A stretch of DNA of 64,000 nucleotides, taken from Catajapyx aquilonaris. Its lineage: Eukaryota. Each line of letters begins with the position of its first letter. Positions within the stretch are counted from its first letter, which is position 1. The translations under genes were made by a program, and so were the position numbers. The notes under the pieces are model-generated. The model had not been told where the DNA came from. It searched no databases and was given only the letters and a program-made list of their open reading frames with translations. Positions 14,407-28,289 of the stretch are shown here, one piece after another. The stretch covers positions 124,001-188,000 of the forward strand of contig KZ538096.1 in NCBI GenBank assembly GCA_000934665.2. Direction: 5' to 3'.

Positions 14407-15473
14407 TAGAGGGTGCGACGCTTGTTGCAAATTTATGTGACGAAATTACCCAGTCGATTTTAGCTATTTAGACTTAATTACAGAGAAAATCATTTGTTGA
14501 GTTTCAAGAGCTGATGATAGGGATGATCCTGCAGGGCGCCTGCCCTGCAGGATCATCCTGTAAAAGTGAACGCGCGATTAAATTTTTTTTGTAATGAAGC
14601 CAACATCACCATAAGCAAATATGGTGATTTTGTCTTAATAATTCATATGACACTTAAATGCGACAGGAAGTGCGGCACATTTGGCATCACCCTGTATGCC
14701 AAATATTAAGTTACTCCTAAAATTCGAATAAATTTTATTCTCAGACCTGCATAACTATTTCAGGTTAGTGCCAATTAAAATCACTTTCTTGCCAGAGATT
14801 GTGCTACATATAGACATTACATCACAACAATAGCCCAGGTGGTGACTCCGCGAACTGTGGTAAAAAAAATTACAATACAATAAGATAACTGTTGGGGGAG
14901 GTGAATCTCGTGTCCTGGACCCACGTAACATGTGCTGCGCAAGCACCTTTTTTGTTATCAGGGGGCTGGGCTGGAATTGGATGTTTCTGCAGCCAATGGG
15001 TGCAGCCAAAGGGCGTGGTATAAAACTTGCGCAATACGTGCCGGGGCACATCATCCCAGAACGCGCATGATGTTTGATTTCTCACTGTATTCTCCAATAA
15101 GCATGATGTAATTATTTTATACCCCAGGCAACAGGTTTTATTAACCGCTGATATGATTATAAATACAAAGTCATTATACAAAGCCTACAAAGTGAGTCAC
15201 GTGATGACTTTTTATTTAAAATGGTCTTCCTCTAACTTCATTTCTGGGATGTTTCGTTTCTGATGTATATAGGGGGTCACGACACGACGCGACGCCCCGT
15301 AACCAAATATATTATTATATTTAACAATAACAATTATACCACCATATATGGCATACAGTAGGCCTATTATACATACACGTGTTTTCAGTTAAAGGCACCA
15401 TTTAATTTTGAACCTAAAATGAATTAGGTGTATTGAGGTGAATTCAAGGAGTGGCAAATCCTGCAGCTTTCTA

Positions 15474-15654
15474 CAGGGTGACTAAAGTCCGGATGCATTA
15501 TACTGTAGGTAGGCCCCTAATTGGATTAAATTGTTGGTTTCCAGTTGTGCCAACTAGCAGATTATTATCAGTATAAGTAAAGTTTGAATTGGCACATTTG
15601 GCAATCAACAATACAATTCAGTTACCTATGTATCCAGACTTTAGAGTCACCTTG
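15474..15654. mobile_element. Tc1/mariner-type MITE (CAGGGTG ends), degenerate
   Basis: TA|CAGGGTGACTAAAGTCCGGAT ... ATCCAGACTTTAGAGTCACCTTG|TA. A related terminus occurs at 53848. Confidence 0.65.
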
Positions 15655-18600
15655 TAGAATATCCTCCATAACTGTCATGGTATAAATAATACCAGGAGGC
15701 GGAATTTAAATTTAAATTTGAATTTAATTCGAGTTAATTAATTTAATGGAGAATGGAATCGTATTGAATTAAAATGCTGAAGTCGAATAGGAATGAGGCT
15801 CAATTGCATTAATTCACTTTCCAAGTCAATTATGTCCCATCACCACTTATATTCCGATTTATTAAAGTGTGAACCTGACGTTACCATTGTTATCAATCTT
15901 ATCATGGCTGCATTACAATGACAACAATGATGATGTAGGTTCGCCCTTAAAAATCGAAGCATACACATACAAGTGTATACGCATGTAGATCGAGTCTTAG
16001 CATGTATATTGGTTTTTAAAATATAAATCCGGATAATACACAAAAGTTATCTGCTTGTGCGCGTATTTAATAATGCACATTAATCATAAAGGTTCCTCTA
16101 TTTTGAATGTGGGACATATGGAGACTCTGTCTTCACACACGGAAGGCCCTATACCTTCATTTTTAATGAAAACAGTAATTGCCATTTTAAGATGAGGCGA
16201 CTGATTTAGCTAAAAATCACTATTTATGAACCTGCCCATTTCAGCATGTTGAAACCACTTGCACCTGTTTGTTAAAATGCTTGACAATACATGAATAGGC
16301 TACGGGTATAGCAATTCCCTATACTCAGATCTTGTTGGCAGATGTCTTGTGTGAGATTCTTGCTAGTGCAGTAACTGTATCTAAATAATTATTAATTACT
16401 GTGCACTGCCGTAACGTGAGCTAGATGCAGATTGTATGACTGATCGACGCCTTGAAATATGACAGGAATAATGAATAGTCTCATATACTGTACTAATTGC
16501 ACTGAAAATTCGATATGCATGAAATTTCAGATAGGCAAATAAATTATTGTGAAATTTTGAGTGAAAAATAATTCTTCTGCCTATAAGTTATTCACAGTAT
16601 TCTGAACAATACTATTTTATTTGCTCTATACACAATCTTTATTTGCTTATCCGAAATGTCTTGCACCTACAGTTTTTCTGTGCAGGTTTCATTCCTTATT
16701 CACTCGGTTAGCATAAGCAGAATTTTTATAAGTTATATGTATTTATATGTTTATCTCTATTTACATATCGGATGTTAATTTTGAGTGATCTTATAATGTC
16801 TGGCAGAAGTATAAGGAAATAGAGGTTGTAATATACCCTAATCTTTCGCTCAACAGAGGGGCAGATAAAAAGCTTAGATAAAATGATAGATCGTTTATTA
16901 CAGCAACCAGTTGAAGGAGAATCAGCAATATAAAGGAGAAGTTATTGTCTACTACTCTGAAACTGGTTTGTGCAGTAAACAACACTTAACTTTTGCCCTT
17001 CTCTTAAACTGAGTTTTTGTCAAGGGCACTGCATTGTTATAAGCAGACTACAGAATATTATGTAAACTATACATAGTGATGTATAATGGGGGTTCCTGAT
17101 CCTCCGAACATTATTTAAAGCAAACAGACCAAATAAGCATAAATGAATATTTATCCACGAGGGATTGGCCACATCCTCGTAGTGTACACCTTATTGTGAG
17201 ATTATTCCCTATAACGCTTAATCATTTTATGTCAAACCAGCATTGGAGCCCACTCATGATGATGTGGGATTACACAGTAACAACGTGTCAATGACATCTG
17301 ATTTCGCCAGCCGCCAACCTTTGACAATGTTACTGCAGATGTACACAACCCCGTACTTTCAAATAAATTGCTGAGTGTCAAAGTGTATACATAATAATTA
17401 TGCTTAACAAAGTATAGAGAACACATTACTGCTATGTAAAATATCCGCCCAAAGATATCTTTAAAACAATAACATCGCTTCTCGGTATTACTCCTTTGTT
17501 AGCGCTCAGTTACCACGCAACCGTTATGGTAGCCTACATAACAAAGACTGAAAGTGATTGCCGTTCCGAATATAAAGGTGCATAGTCTACATACAGTGTG
17601 TGACATAGGACCGAATTTTTGAAGTATATAATCCTCATAAAATTCAGGCATGAGATAGCAAAGGAGGTGTCCTAAAATTGCTTCACCCAATGGATTGCTA
17701 GTGCGGTTCTTATATCTGTGGCAAACATTGTGAAACCAATATTTTCTTATTGACATTAGTCGTGAGAGATTTAGGTTTAAAATTAGCGAATTTGCAATTG
17801 TTGGAAAATAATGACTATGGAAGGCTAATAGGAACCTAAAAAATTTAAATTTATAGGCATTGTAGTTGCTTAAGAATAGTATGGGTGACAATTTTTAGAT
17901 GTATTATAAATCGTCCACTAAAATAGAAATTTATTGAAACTAATGATGCTTACGCAACCAGTAGCGGGTAAGCATCATTAGTTTCAGTGAAATGCGGACC
18001 TAAAATGGCCCTTAACTAAATTTTCGACACCAAAACCACACATTAACTGAAGTCATTGTCCCCGCTGAGATTAACCCTGCAAGTCAGATAACCTATGCAC
18101 TTCGCCTGTCATTTTTATGGGAAAGCCACAAATTCTATCGCGACTTTGACCCCATTTCATTAAGTTCACATGTTTATCCAAAGTCTAAAGGCGATATAAA
18201 TTTTGGAGGAAAATATTAAATTTGTTCTAGAAGGTGGTTGACAGTATTGGGAAAGGTTAAAAACTGCTCCTGCGATGACCCCCATATCGAAGTGAGGTCT
18301 ATACAGACTCACACGTCTGACACTCTTCACGCTAAACCTTCCTTGTCTCTCCGCATTTATGTCAAAAACGTTGTCTTCCCGGACATGCCACAACTTTTGA
18401 CACATTAAAAAATATTTTCTGGAACACCACAAGCGGCTGGGGACACTAAACAAAAATGTCTTCAAACAAATTCTTAAAACACACACACAAAAAAATCCCA
18501 GGTGGTGTTCCACCGAGCAAATTCAGAGTCACGCTTGGAATGCTTCTGCAAGAATAAGGAATGAGTTCTGAAGGAAAATAGACGCCAAGTGGGCGAAAAG

Positions 18601-19259
18601 ACTAGGATAAACAGCCGAGTCGTGGGATTGTGTGATTACCTAGCTCATTATTTACCCTGGCTGGAGGACAGGGGTGGGGAGGTAGGGTTTTGGTGGGGAA
18701 GGGAGTGTCGGCTCTAAACGCGAGAACTGACCTCACGTAATGTACGGTACTGGATGGGACCCCCGACTTTAGCTTTCTAGAGTGTGATCACATGTTTGCT
18801 TTGCGCCTTTCAAAGCGTGTGACTAATCACTAGCAATTTATCCTCTTGTCATAGCAATTCTCCAGCGACTTTGTCCGCGTTTGTGCTGCGAATTTAGGAC
18901 AGTATTGCGTAATGTCGTATTTTTATATCAAATTATTTGCTACTTTGTACTTATGCGAATAGTTTATTGTTTTAATATATTACGACTCCAGCGCTATTTC
19001 GCAGCCAATAAACATTAATGTTTACAAATTTTTTTAAAACTCATCTTCGAATGATATTGACCTAAACGGGGCAAGATTTCCCATTGCAAGTAGGTCGTCG
19101 CAGCTTTAAACCATCGATTTGCAGGCCGAGCAGTAAATCAAACTCCACAGCTCAGCATTGTGCAAACTAATAACATCTATCTCCATTCCGGCGTCTGCAG
19201 CACGCCGACACGTAGCAAACAAGAGAAAAGGATCTGAAAGTGATCCGAAAACCTGGTAA

Positions 19260-19339
19260 TGCTCTACATCTACCCTGTAGATCCGAATTTGTCTGATACT
19301 TGACAACAAATTCGGTTCTAGAGAGGTTTGTGTGGTGCA
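19260..19339 (+). ncRNA. mir-10: miR-10 precursor hairpin
   Basis: 5p arm TACCCTGTAGATCCGAATTTGT at 19271-19292 and 3p arm CAAATTCGGTTCTAGAGAGGTTT at 19307-19329. It lies upstream of Hox4/Dfd on the same strand, its conserved position. Confidence 0.97.
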
Positions 19340-22276
19340 TACAAAGCAACGCTGCCGAGCACAAAGTTTGCCGAGAAGCAGCGTGCCACCAGGCTCTTTT
19401 CCTTTCCTAAACCATCCATTCCCTCTATTCACACCTGCACTTCCCTCATTGTTGTGGCGGTACTACCCGTCCAACAATGGTACGTAAGTAAAGCAGCTAT
19501 TCATTCTCAGAACCATGGTGTGCAAAATGAGCTATTGGAACATAGCAGAGTTACGCAATTTTGTTTGCTGTAATGTAGCTGAACAATGCAAGTTTTTGAA
19601 GTAATAGATCATTTTCCTGCTCATGGCCACATTATCATAGCCTAAATTGGTTCAGAAATAGAAATCAAGCTAACCACATTGTTTATTTTTTTACAGCAAA
19701 TCCGAACCCTGATCTACGGATTCCGCATACTGTAACAATAGCCAATAAAAAACAATTGCAGTGGACTCATGTTGTTACTAATAAATAGTCGCCGACTCCT
19801 GCGTCCATTGAAGCGACATCGTTTACACAACTACAGAAGGAGTACAAATAAACGATGTCGCCCCCCCCATGCAGGTGGTCATCCCATGCATGTGAAGTCC
19901 AGGTCGTGCATATCTACCAGGGAATATAGCGAGGTGGGCAAGCAGTTAACTGGTGATAAAAGACCCATAGCTGTCCTAGCGGCACAAGAGACACAGCTAC
20001 TGTCGCTGCGGGGGACAGGCGTGTCAGTTCAAAGGGTTAGCATCAAGATTAATGATAAACTCACTCCCCCCCCCACCCCCCCTCCCCATACCACCACCAC
20101 CTACTCCCTACCTACAACCCACCCCATCACTGCCAAATTTGAGATATAAATGGTCCTTGGTAGGTCGCTGTGGTGGGAGGAGTAGAGTTTAGGACATCTA
20201 AAAAAACAGGAGGTATTGCCAACCCTGGTGTGGCCATCCTTCAACTGCTTCCAGCCGCCATCTTGTGTTGCGGAGGCATCATTGATTTATTGCAGCCCAA
20301 TTACCCGCCTTTAGTGCCCTGTTCCCTTTTTGCCACTTGTGCCAACAGGGTGCAAAGTATTTTTTTTCTTCTTCGTTTTCTTTCCTTCAAGGCAGGGGGG
20401 TCTAACTGATCAAAAGGCGGAGGAAAAGGACGATGACAACACTGGCTGGCAAGGTCAGGTAAGAGTTATCGAATGTATGTGAGTTCTTTGGCCTTCACGG
20501 CTGCCAACACAATCATCCGCAAGAGGGGCATTGACATGCGCCTACGGTTTCAAGTTGTGTAAGATATGCTCAACACGACTGTTGTCAATAGCTCGTGGTG
20601 GGAGGGGGGGGGTTACGTTTTTAACGAAATGTTGTCAACCGCTGCCAATTCGTTTGTGTTTGTCACTCTTCTATAAACAGCATGTGCGGTTCATCCAATG
20701 TCAAGTATGGATATGATCGAATATCAACAAATGACGTCACTTTCGTTGCAAAATCCTGTTACTATTTTCAAGGCCGTCTTGACCACAATCGACTTTCGCT
20801 GGGAACAGATAGCGGATATTGTAGCCTACAGAAATGGTTCACGCTTCTATGGCAGCAGGAATGGAATAAAAGTAGGGCAGTGGAGTCAGCTTGGGCCATA
20901 AAAATAGGGCGCCATTCCGGCCTTGACTCACAAGGGTGTAATAAAGAGACGCTTAGCTTGGGGGGGCTTCTCATTCAGACTCAGCGCTACTTCTCCAGCC
21001 TTGCCAAATTAGACAGTGCCACAAGACGCATGTTTAATCACACTAGCTAATTATATTAAAATTAAATTTCAGAGCCAATCTTATGAACAATAAAATTCTG
21101 TACAAACTACTAGCAGCCACTTACATTTTTTTTCGTAATTAAAAAAATTTTAAAGCATGAATTTGATGCATGGAGCAGCTGCTAGGCAGCTGCAACCAGA
21201 ATGAGCGACCTAGAAAATCTAAGCCCGTAGAGAGTCAATGGAGGCAGTGACGATACGTTGGCCATCTGTTGGTCGAACCCACCACCTCTTCCTCAAACAA
21301 GACTTTCCATCGGAATAGACCAGGTTCTTGTCCATGGTTTTTCTTCGACTTCCTCTTTTTCTACGGTAGTAAACAAATGGGGAGACCGGAAAAAAAACTG
21401 CTTCAGGAAAGGAAATTGGTGTCCGTCTCAAGAAACGACTGGAGTGATAAATAGCACCGGTACTTGGAAAGAAGGTTCGGGATTCACACGGAAAAAGTGA
21501 AACAAAAGTTACGAGTAGCACGTGGGATAATTAATCTCCGGTTCAGAGCACATGGTTAAAAACTAATTAATTTGTGCACGTAAAAATGAAACTGGGCGTA
21601 TATTTAAAAATCAGGACTGGAAAAACAGTGTACAAGTTTGCAGGTGATCAAGAATGCAAGTCATGTGTCTGCTCCATCCGCCTGGGTTCCTCAACAATTG
21701 CTTGTGACCCCCAAGGGAGCAGAACAAAACTGGGGCCCGTGCATTCAAAAGGGTCAGGGACCAAAGCGATTTCTCTGCCTCTTCTTCCTTTCGGTAACTA
21801 TACACCTTGTGAGCAGACTACTCAACTGTTACTTGCATTCACCTCCAGAATCGGTCTCGTCTTCGAGTCAATTTCAAGCCACGTGCCGCATTCTATTTCC
21901 TCCTAAAGATTCACTGATTGTCTCACTCTGTTGCTAGAACAATAATTTTATCAGAAAAAAACATGCGTTTTATTTATAAATTATTATTGTCAAATATATC
22001 ATTTTTATAACTAGTAACTGGTTGGAACTAGAGGGTTAATAAGGACAGGTGGTTGTTAATAATGTCACTGCTGAATTAGGGTCTACGTAAAAATCTGTTA
22101 CACGAAGAGTGATCAAAAGTGTCCTGAGCAGGAAGGGATGAGAGACAGGCATGACATTTAACATCCATCTTCTGGGAACCGTTGATAGGACTCTTTCAAA
22201 TTTTCAAGTCTTTGGTAGTAGCACGGGCAGTACAATTAGTATGCAAGGAATTGACACACTATTGCACTATAGATAT

Positions 22277-22326
<50 letters not shown>

Positions 22327-22514
22327 TAATACAACAACAGCAACAACAACAACACGACATTTCCCTATGAGGGGTAGTCAGCGATGAAGGGAGATGCAAG
22401 TTAACCCAACATATGAACTAAATTAAAACTTGTGAAAATAAAACTATAAACTACCCGTCCCACACCCCACCCCTGCCAATCTCAGACGACAGACACTGAA
22501 TATTAAATTTAAAT
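22277..22514 (-). mobile_element. Probable 3' fragment of a retroposon with (TTG)n(TTA)n tail
   Basis: (AAT)n(AAC)n at 22277-22352 followed by unique sequence. It is bracketed by ATTGCACTAT (22261) and ATTACACTAT (22515). Confidence 0.45.
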
Positions 22515-22532
22515 ATTACACTATGCAATACG

Positions 22533-22853
22533 TATAATAATTATAATATAATTATAATAATATTATAATGATAATTCATACCCCGTTATCAGCCATCGCA
22601 TCGGCTCTTTAGAGGGGAAGTTTGTTTTGCCTGGAACTCTTTGCTTTTCATTTTACTGTGCTCTTTGAGATAGGATGGGGACGGAAGGAAGCGGCTGTGG
22701 CCTATTAATTACGGAAGCAACTCCGGAATTTTCCTGGAAGGACCGTGGGAAACCACAGAAAACCACGGTCAGAGTTGCCGGCCCCGGGATTTGATACCAG
22801 GACCTCCCGATTAGCAGTCGGACACCATATCCCCTTCTCCAAACTGCTTCGGT
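22533..22853 (-). mobile_element. tRNA-derived SINE, family B, copy 1
   Basis: Aligns by eye over about 280 bp with 26291-26643. It has a tRNA-like head on the minus strand and a degenerate (TTA)n tail. Confidence 0.85.
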
Positions 22854-22988
22854 ATTGCACTATGGATATAAATAAAAACGTACTTGGGGAAGTCACCTGT
22901 CAATATTCAATTTCAGAAGATATTTAAATAATTTATAGGTAGGTTCCGTCAAGTTGTTTGCTCCAAAATATATGAACTCGTGCGATAA

Positions 22989-23301
22989 TATTTTTTAAAA
23001 TTTTTAGTACGGTATACCCCGTGATGACCACCATTTTGTATTCCAATTTTTCCCTATTTTCTTCATTCCGGTGCAGGGATTCAAGGACATTGGGTAAGGA
23101 TAGGGATTTTTGGGGAAGGAACATGGGTGCAAGTGCATTGTCTCAACTGTGGTTCATGTGCTGTTCCCCCAGGAGGTTATGTTGCCAGACACCTCCAAGG
23201 CCCCACCTGACGCAGGTGAAAGAAAACTCCTAGGCTGGGATCGAACCTGGGACCTTTCACTCAGCAAGCCGAGACATTTCCATTTCGCCACAGAACCTCC
23301 C
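22989..23301 (-). mobile_element. tRNA-derived SINE, family A, copy 1
   Basis: Reverse-complement homology to 45052-45393, B box GGTTCGATCCC, A-rich tail, and a 12-bp TSD CTCGTGCGATAA at 22977-22988 and 23302-23313. Confidence 0.88.
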
Positions 23302-23529
23302 CTCGTGCGATAAATAATTTGTATTAAAAATACGCCCGAAGTAGAAATTACTTTCGATAATTTTGGCCATTAATTGCTACAAAAAAGTAATATACCGGTA
23401 ACGTATCCTAACAGAAAAACTCTGATCGATAAAAATTCTAAGCATATAGTTTTCGAGTTTCGAGGTGACAACTGAACAGAATGATGTTATAAAAAGTGCC
23501 CACAGTAAGAATTCGATTTGTGGCATGTA

Positions 23530-23621
23530 CAGGGTGTTCCAAGTTCGGGGGTCACTTCTTGATAACTGCTATCGGGCGATATCAGTTATCAAGAAGTGAC
23601 ACACGAACTTGGAACACCATG
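23530..23621. mobile_element. Short Tc1/mariner-type MITE
   Basis: TA|CAGGGTGTTCCAAGTTCG...GTCACTTCTTGATAACTG / CAGTTATCAAGAAGTGAC...CGAACTTGGAACACCATG|TA. Confidence 0.8.
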
Positions 23622-23741
23622 TATATAGGCCATATGGTGATCCAAAATACTTGTCCGATTGCTGTTGCCATTTTGTTATGATTGAATAGTTAATCTAGCG
23701 GTTGTCAAAATTGATAATTATAATGTTAGGTGGTATATGTA

Positions 23742-24038
23742 CTGTGTTGGACATTAATCGCGTCGTACTGCTAGCGACATTTTCCGATACGGCAGACGTG
23801 CAAATCGAAGTGATGCGAGCCGTGCGAGAAAGAAATGGTAGGCCTTCGGTGACATACCGGCTGGGGACAACCCTTTTTATCCATTGCCCCCCCCCCCCCT
23901 CTCCCCCAGCCGGTGACGTCACTCAAGTCCTACCTCTTCTGATTCGCACGGCTCGCACTCTTATCACTTCTATTTGCACGTCTGCCGCGTCGAAAAATGT
24001 CGCTAGCAGTTCTACGACACGATTAATGTCCAACACTG
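23742..24038. mobile_element. MITE with about 85-bp imperfect TIRs, TA-flanked
   Basis: TA|CTGTGTTGGACATTAATCG...CTAGCGACATTTT...GCAGACGTGCAAAT is mirrored at the right end ...CGATTAATGTCCAACACTG|TA. Confidence 0.8.
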
Positions 24039-24294
24039 TACCCACCCTTTTGTAGCACTTGTAAGAGGGTCTGGCCTTAACAAAATGGGTTCTAGCATTT
24101 ACGGTACGTTTTATGAAATATTGTTCCAAGCAGCCGTTCCCACATACATAAAATTTTGGCAAGTGCTTGAGGTGGTCATGTCTCACTCATAAAATTAATA
24201 TTGTTCACCTGAAATTTCAAGGAAGTCCAGATTCACAATAATTATTATGATCCATCCTGAGGTGCACGAGTACTGTATACGGAATTCGAATCCT

Positions 24295-24690
24295 CGTTAT
24301 CGCGATAATAGGCTGCAAACATAACGTACAAAATATCCTGGCAGGTCCACCAACTCAGCCTTTTTAAAAAATTTAGGTGATACAACGCGATTTAAGGTTA
24401 ATTTGTAGTATCACGAGGTGTAACAGGCAGTGACCGACACGATGGAAGTGTCGCAGGTTGTATCCACGACATAGAAGACTGTCTAATTCCACTTTAGTTC
24501 ACTGCTAATCATCTTAGTATCACAGTAACAATGCGGCTGAGACTAATGACACCTCTACATGAAGTGACACACTTGGTGCCCACTGCAAGTTTGTCTGACG
24601 AATTGTAGGAAACACCTGGTATATTTCAGTAGGTGACAATGAAAAAGCCACAAATTGGAGGTATTGGCTGCTAATGATCTGTTCGACCAT
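24295..24690 (+). repeat. Diverged direct repeat, copy 1 (copy 2 about 26784-27185)
   Basis: Shared blocks: GATAATAGGCT, CAAAATATCCTGGCAGGT, TTAGGTGATACAACGC, CTCTACATGAAGTGACACACTTGG, CAAGTTTGTC.GACGAATT. Confidence 0.8.
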
Positions 24691-25218
24691 TTTCTCCGAA
24701 AATATATAGCAAAATTCCTAACATGCAGTAATTGAGATATCTCTGAAATCCGGCTCGATCCTTTCATTTATATATAACCGTCGAGAAATAAACAAACCAT
24801 TTACGAGACTTATGGTCCGGTAATAATCCTCCTCCTCCTCCTCCTTGGATAGTGCCTGACCCTATAGGGTATGCGGCACGGACCTTTATTATACTTGAAG
24901 TAAAATGCTGGAACCTTGAGCGAATCGCCCGGGAAACGTGGGAGTTATAATATTTTCAGACATATGAGGGTTGTGCTGTGCACATGTTAAATTTTTCATG
25001 GTTGACAAATATGCTGCATAAAATGCATATGTGTTAAAGAAATGTGAATGAAGAACAAAAATTATTATTAAAGAATAATGGCATTATTGTAATGATTGTG
25101 ATTTTATAAATGCATTTTTGTGCAACTGGGTATGGTTGTGTGTATTCTAGTATGCGTCTGTGTGATCATGAGTACGAAAAACCCATTCTAACTCTTTATA
25201 TGTCACCAAAGTGACATA

Positions 25219-25609
25219 CAGGGTGTTCTCGAATTCGTCTGCCAAAAGGATATCGGTAGTAGGGGGTGCATATGGAAGACGCATGGCATGGGCCCGAAAG
25301 GCCTGCGACGACGTTGACGTCGACGATGTCTATCCTGACAAGTATGGATACCCCCGCACATGCCTGCATCGCTGGTTGCCGGAGTCAGGCGGTTGAGTAA
25401 CGGTCTGGCAGTGCGAGTGCCTACCCCGGCAACCAGCAATGCTGATATGCACGGGGGTATCCATACTTGTCAGGATCGACATTGTCGATGTCAAAGGTCG
25501 ACATCTCCAAAACGGATCGTCACCGGCCGTTCTGACTCATGCCATGCCTCTTCCATACTTACCCCCTACCACCTGTATCATATTGGCAGCAGAATTCGTG
25601 AACACCCTG
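25219..25609. mobile_element. Tc1/mariner-type foldback MITE
   Basis: TA|CAGGGTGTTCTCGAATTC ... GAATTCGTGAACACCCTG|TA, with an internal mirror TCCTGACAAGTATGGATACCCCCG / CGGGGGTATCCATACTTGTCAGGA. Confidence 0.85.
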
Positions 25610-26287
25610 TATATGTGACGTGGTAACGTTTTAGCTATTCGTGATATAGTACTGTATAGTGTATATTTCTGCAACATTTTCTTGCCACTATTACTTGGTT
25701 TGTTGATTGTATATAGCTTTGTTGTCATTATTATAATATTGTAGAATACACAATCACCTTAAGGCCAAGGCCCGCTTATTTAACTTTTGAAGGCCAATGC
25801 TTATTAATTTTCAATGCATTTAGTGTATTAGATATGACTATAAAAAATCCATTGTTCGCTGTGGGTGACCGTTCCCTAGGAATTGACAAGACCACACATT
25901 TCATCATGTTGGAGTCTACTTGAACAAACTTGTCTTTTCCCACGAACAACTACACCTCAATCAAGAGAGTCCTGGTGGTAGAGGCCCTAAAAAACCGGTT
26001 TTGTTTGTCTCTTCCGAAGTCCGGGAAAATTTTGAAATTTGTTCATTTTGGGGAAACCTGAAATTTTATACCGACGCCTACGAAAATGAACTTATCCATA
26101 TACCGGATATAACATTCATAATAATTATATTTGTTGATTATGATTTTGTTGGTATTATTAATTTTTTTTTAAAATGTTTCAACTGACTGGCTTAAGTTAT
26201 GAAGCTAACGAGGTTTGTAACCACCGGTGGTCGAATCCTCTCCACATACTCGTGTGCGGCAATAATGGAAATGGTGGTAAAATGCTG

Positions 26288-26290
<3 letters not shown>

Positions 26291-26362
<72 letters not shown>

Positions 26363-26643
26363 TCATACCCCGTTATCAGCCGGCGGCTCTTTAGGGGGGA
26401 TATTTTTGTTTTGTTTTGACTGGAACGCTTCGTTTCGGTTTTACTGCGCTTTTTGGGATAGGATAGGAAAGGAAGGAGGCGGCTGTGGCTTATTAGTTTA
26501 GGAAACAACTCTGGAATTCTCCTGGAGGAACCGTGGGAAACCACAGAAAACCACGGTTAGAGTTGCCGGCACCGGGATTCGAACCCAGGACCTCCCGATT
26601 AGCAGTCGGATACCATATCCCTTCTGCCACCACTGCTTCGGTT
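26291..26643 (-). mobile_element. tRNA-derived SINE, family B, copy 2 (young)
   Basis: Minus-strand head ...GTGGCAGAAGGGATATGG...GACTGCTAATC...GGTTCGAATCCCGG, a long perfect (TTA)n tail, and a 13-bp TSD TAAAATGCTGTAT at 26278-26290 and 26644-26656. Confidence 0.9.
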
Positions 26644-26783
26644 TAAAATGCTGTATTGATATATTCGTACGTAAATGGCTCGCGGCATCTCTCCCTTCCA
26701 GGCATTTCAATGGCTCAGTTAATACACGTGAAATAAGAGTCATGAGCATCATGTTAGTCTTTCAGGGACGAAATCCGCAACCG

Positions 26784-27185
26784 CGTTATCGAGATAATAG
26801 GCTACAAAATATCCTGGCAGGTGCCTCCACCAACCTAGCCTGTTTTAGGTGATACAACGCTATTTAAGGTTAAGCTATGATAGCTATAGCTGCTATAGTC
26901 TCACGAGGTTTAACAAGCACTGACCGAAACGCTTGTGTCCAGAATGTACTGTATGTACACTATTTTTAGTGCACTGCTAATCTTACAATAGTAACAGATT
27001 AGCAATAAAGCGAGGGCCAAATGACAGCTCTATAGTCTACACTCTACATGAAGTGACACACTTGGATGCCCAGAAGTTCACACTACACAAGTTTGTCGGA
27101 CGAATTAGGTAACACCTTGTATGAGTCAGTGAGAATTAAAAGGCCACTAATCGGAGGGATTGGATGGTCAATGTTCCATTCGGCC
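26784..27185 (+). repeat. Diverged direct repeat, copy 2
   Basis: See copy 1 at 24295-24690. Confidence 0.8.
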
Positions 27186-27409
27186 AATCCGCCAATGATT
27201 CATCATTCCAGAGCAGTCAACAAGTTATGACCCAAATAATGGAGTACTTTCTGGTTGTTACAATATTCAATCGTAATATACTGTAGAAAATTATGTAGGC
27301 CTACTGCACTGCTTGACAGCCATACAAATGAAAGATAAGTCGTTGTTTCAAAGTAACAGCTTAAAATAAGCAGATTAAGTCGAAAAATTGTCATGCACTA
27401 CTCTGTGTA

Positions 27410-27551
27410 CTATGTGGCTCAAATTGTTTTGGCCACTTTATCCTGGCCTTGAAGCAACCCTTCACACACCCACACATGCTCACCGTGGAGCCTGTGCGAA
27501 GGGTTGCTTCAAGACCAGGATAAAGTGGCCAAAACAATTTGAGCCCCATAG
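27410..27551. mobile_element. Hairpin MITE, about 54-bp arms, TA-flanked
   Basis: TA|CTATGTGGCTCAAATTGTTTTGGCCACTTTATCCTGG..CTTGAAGCAACCCTTC is mirrored to ...GAGCCCCATAG|TA. Confidence 0.8.
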
Positions 27552-28289
27552 TACATCTCGTATACAAAGTCGTCCAACCAAAATGAAACGATGCTTACAA
27601 AATGTTGATTATTTAGCAGTTATCTAAGAAAATCTTATTTTGTTATCGCACTTTAAAATGACTACTACAATTTGTGCGCACACTCTACTAACCCCTCATA
27701 CTGTGTAGCAAATACTCGTCAAAATAATGGTGCATGATCCACTCCGGCAATTTACAATTTACACCTGACAAAATACAGGTTTGACCCATACATTTCTAGA
27801 GTAAACTGTTTTTGGCCTAGGGTGTCCATTTCTGAGGCCCAAGCAAATTGTTTAATAGCAAGGGTGTGAAAAATGTGAAAAATCAGACAGGAGGAATATT
27901 GTAGTTTTTACTGCCTAATTTGCCAACATTCTTAACTTGCAAAAAAGCCCGTGAGTCGCAAATGATTGCATGGTTTTTGTCGGAAATACTCTAATGGATT
28001 ATGCAACAAACAATATACAGGATGTAAGAAGAGGTGCATGCACTCGTCCAAAGGTATGGCATATATTAATAAAACATCAACAAATTCCCACAAACGATAT
28101 AAGAAAGTTGCGTTTTTTCCACCCTTTGGAACAGGCTACGCCACAGCCTGTTAGAAAACATTGCAATACAGTGTAATCAAACTGAAATGTCAGGAGTGAT
28201 TAGCGATTTTTAGCAAAAAGCGGTTATACTTTCGAGTATTTACTATACTATTGCGGTTATCAAAAATATTAGTTTCATTAAGTTGCTTA

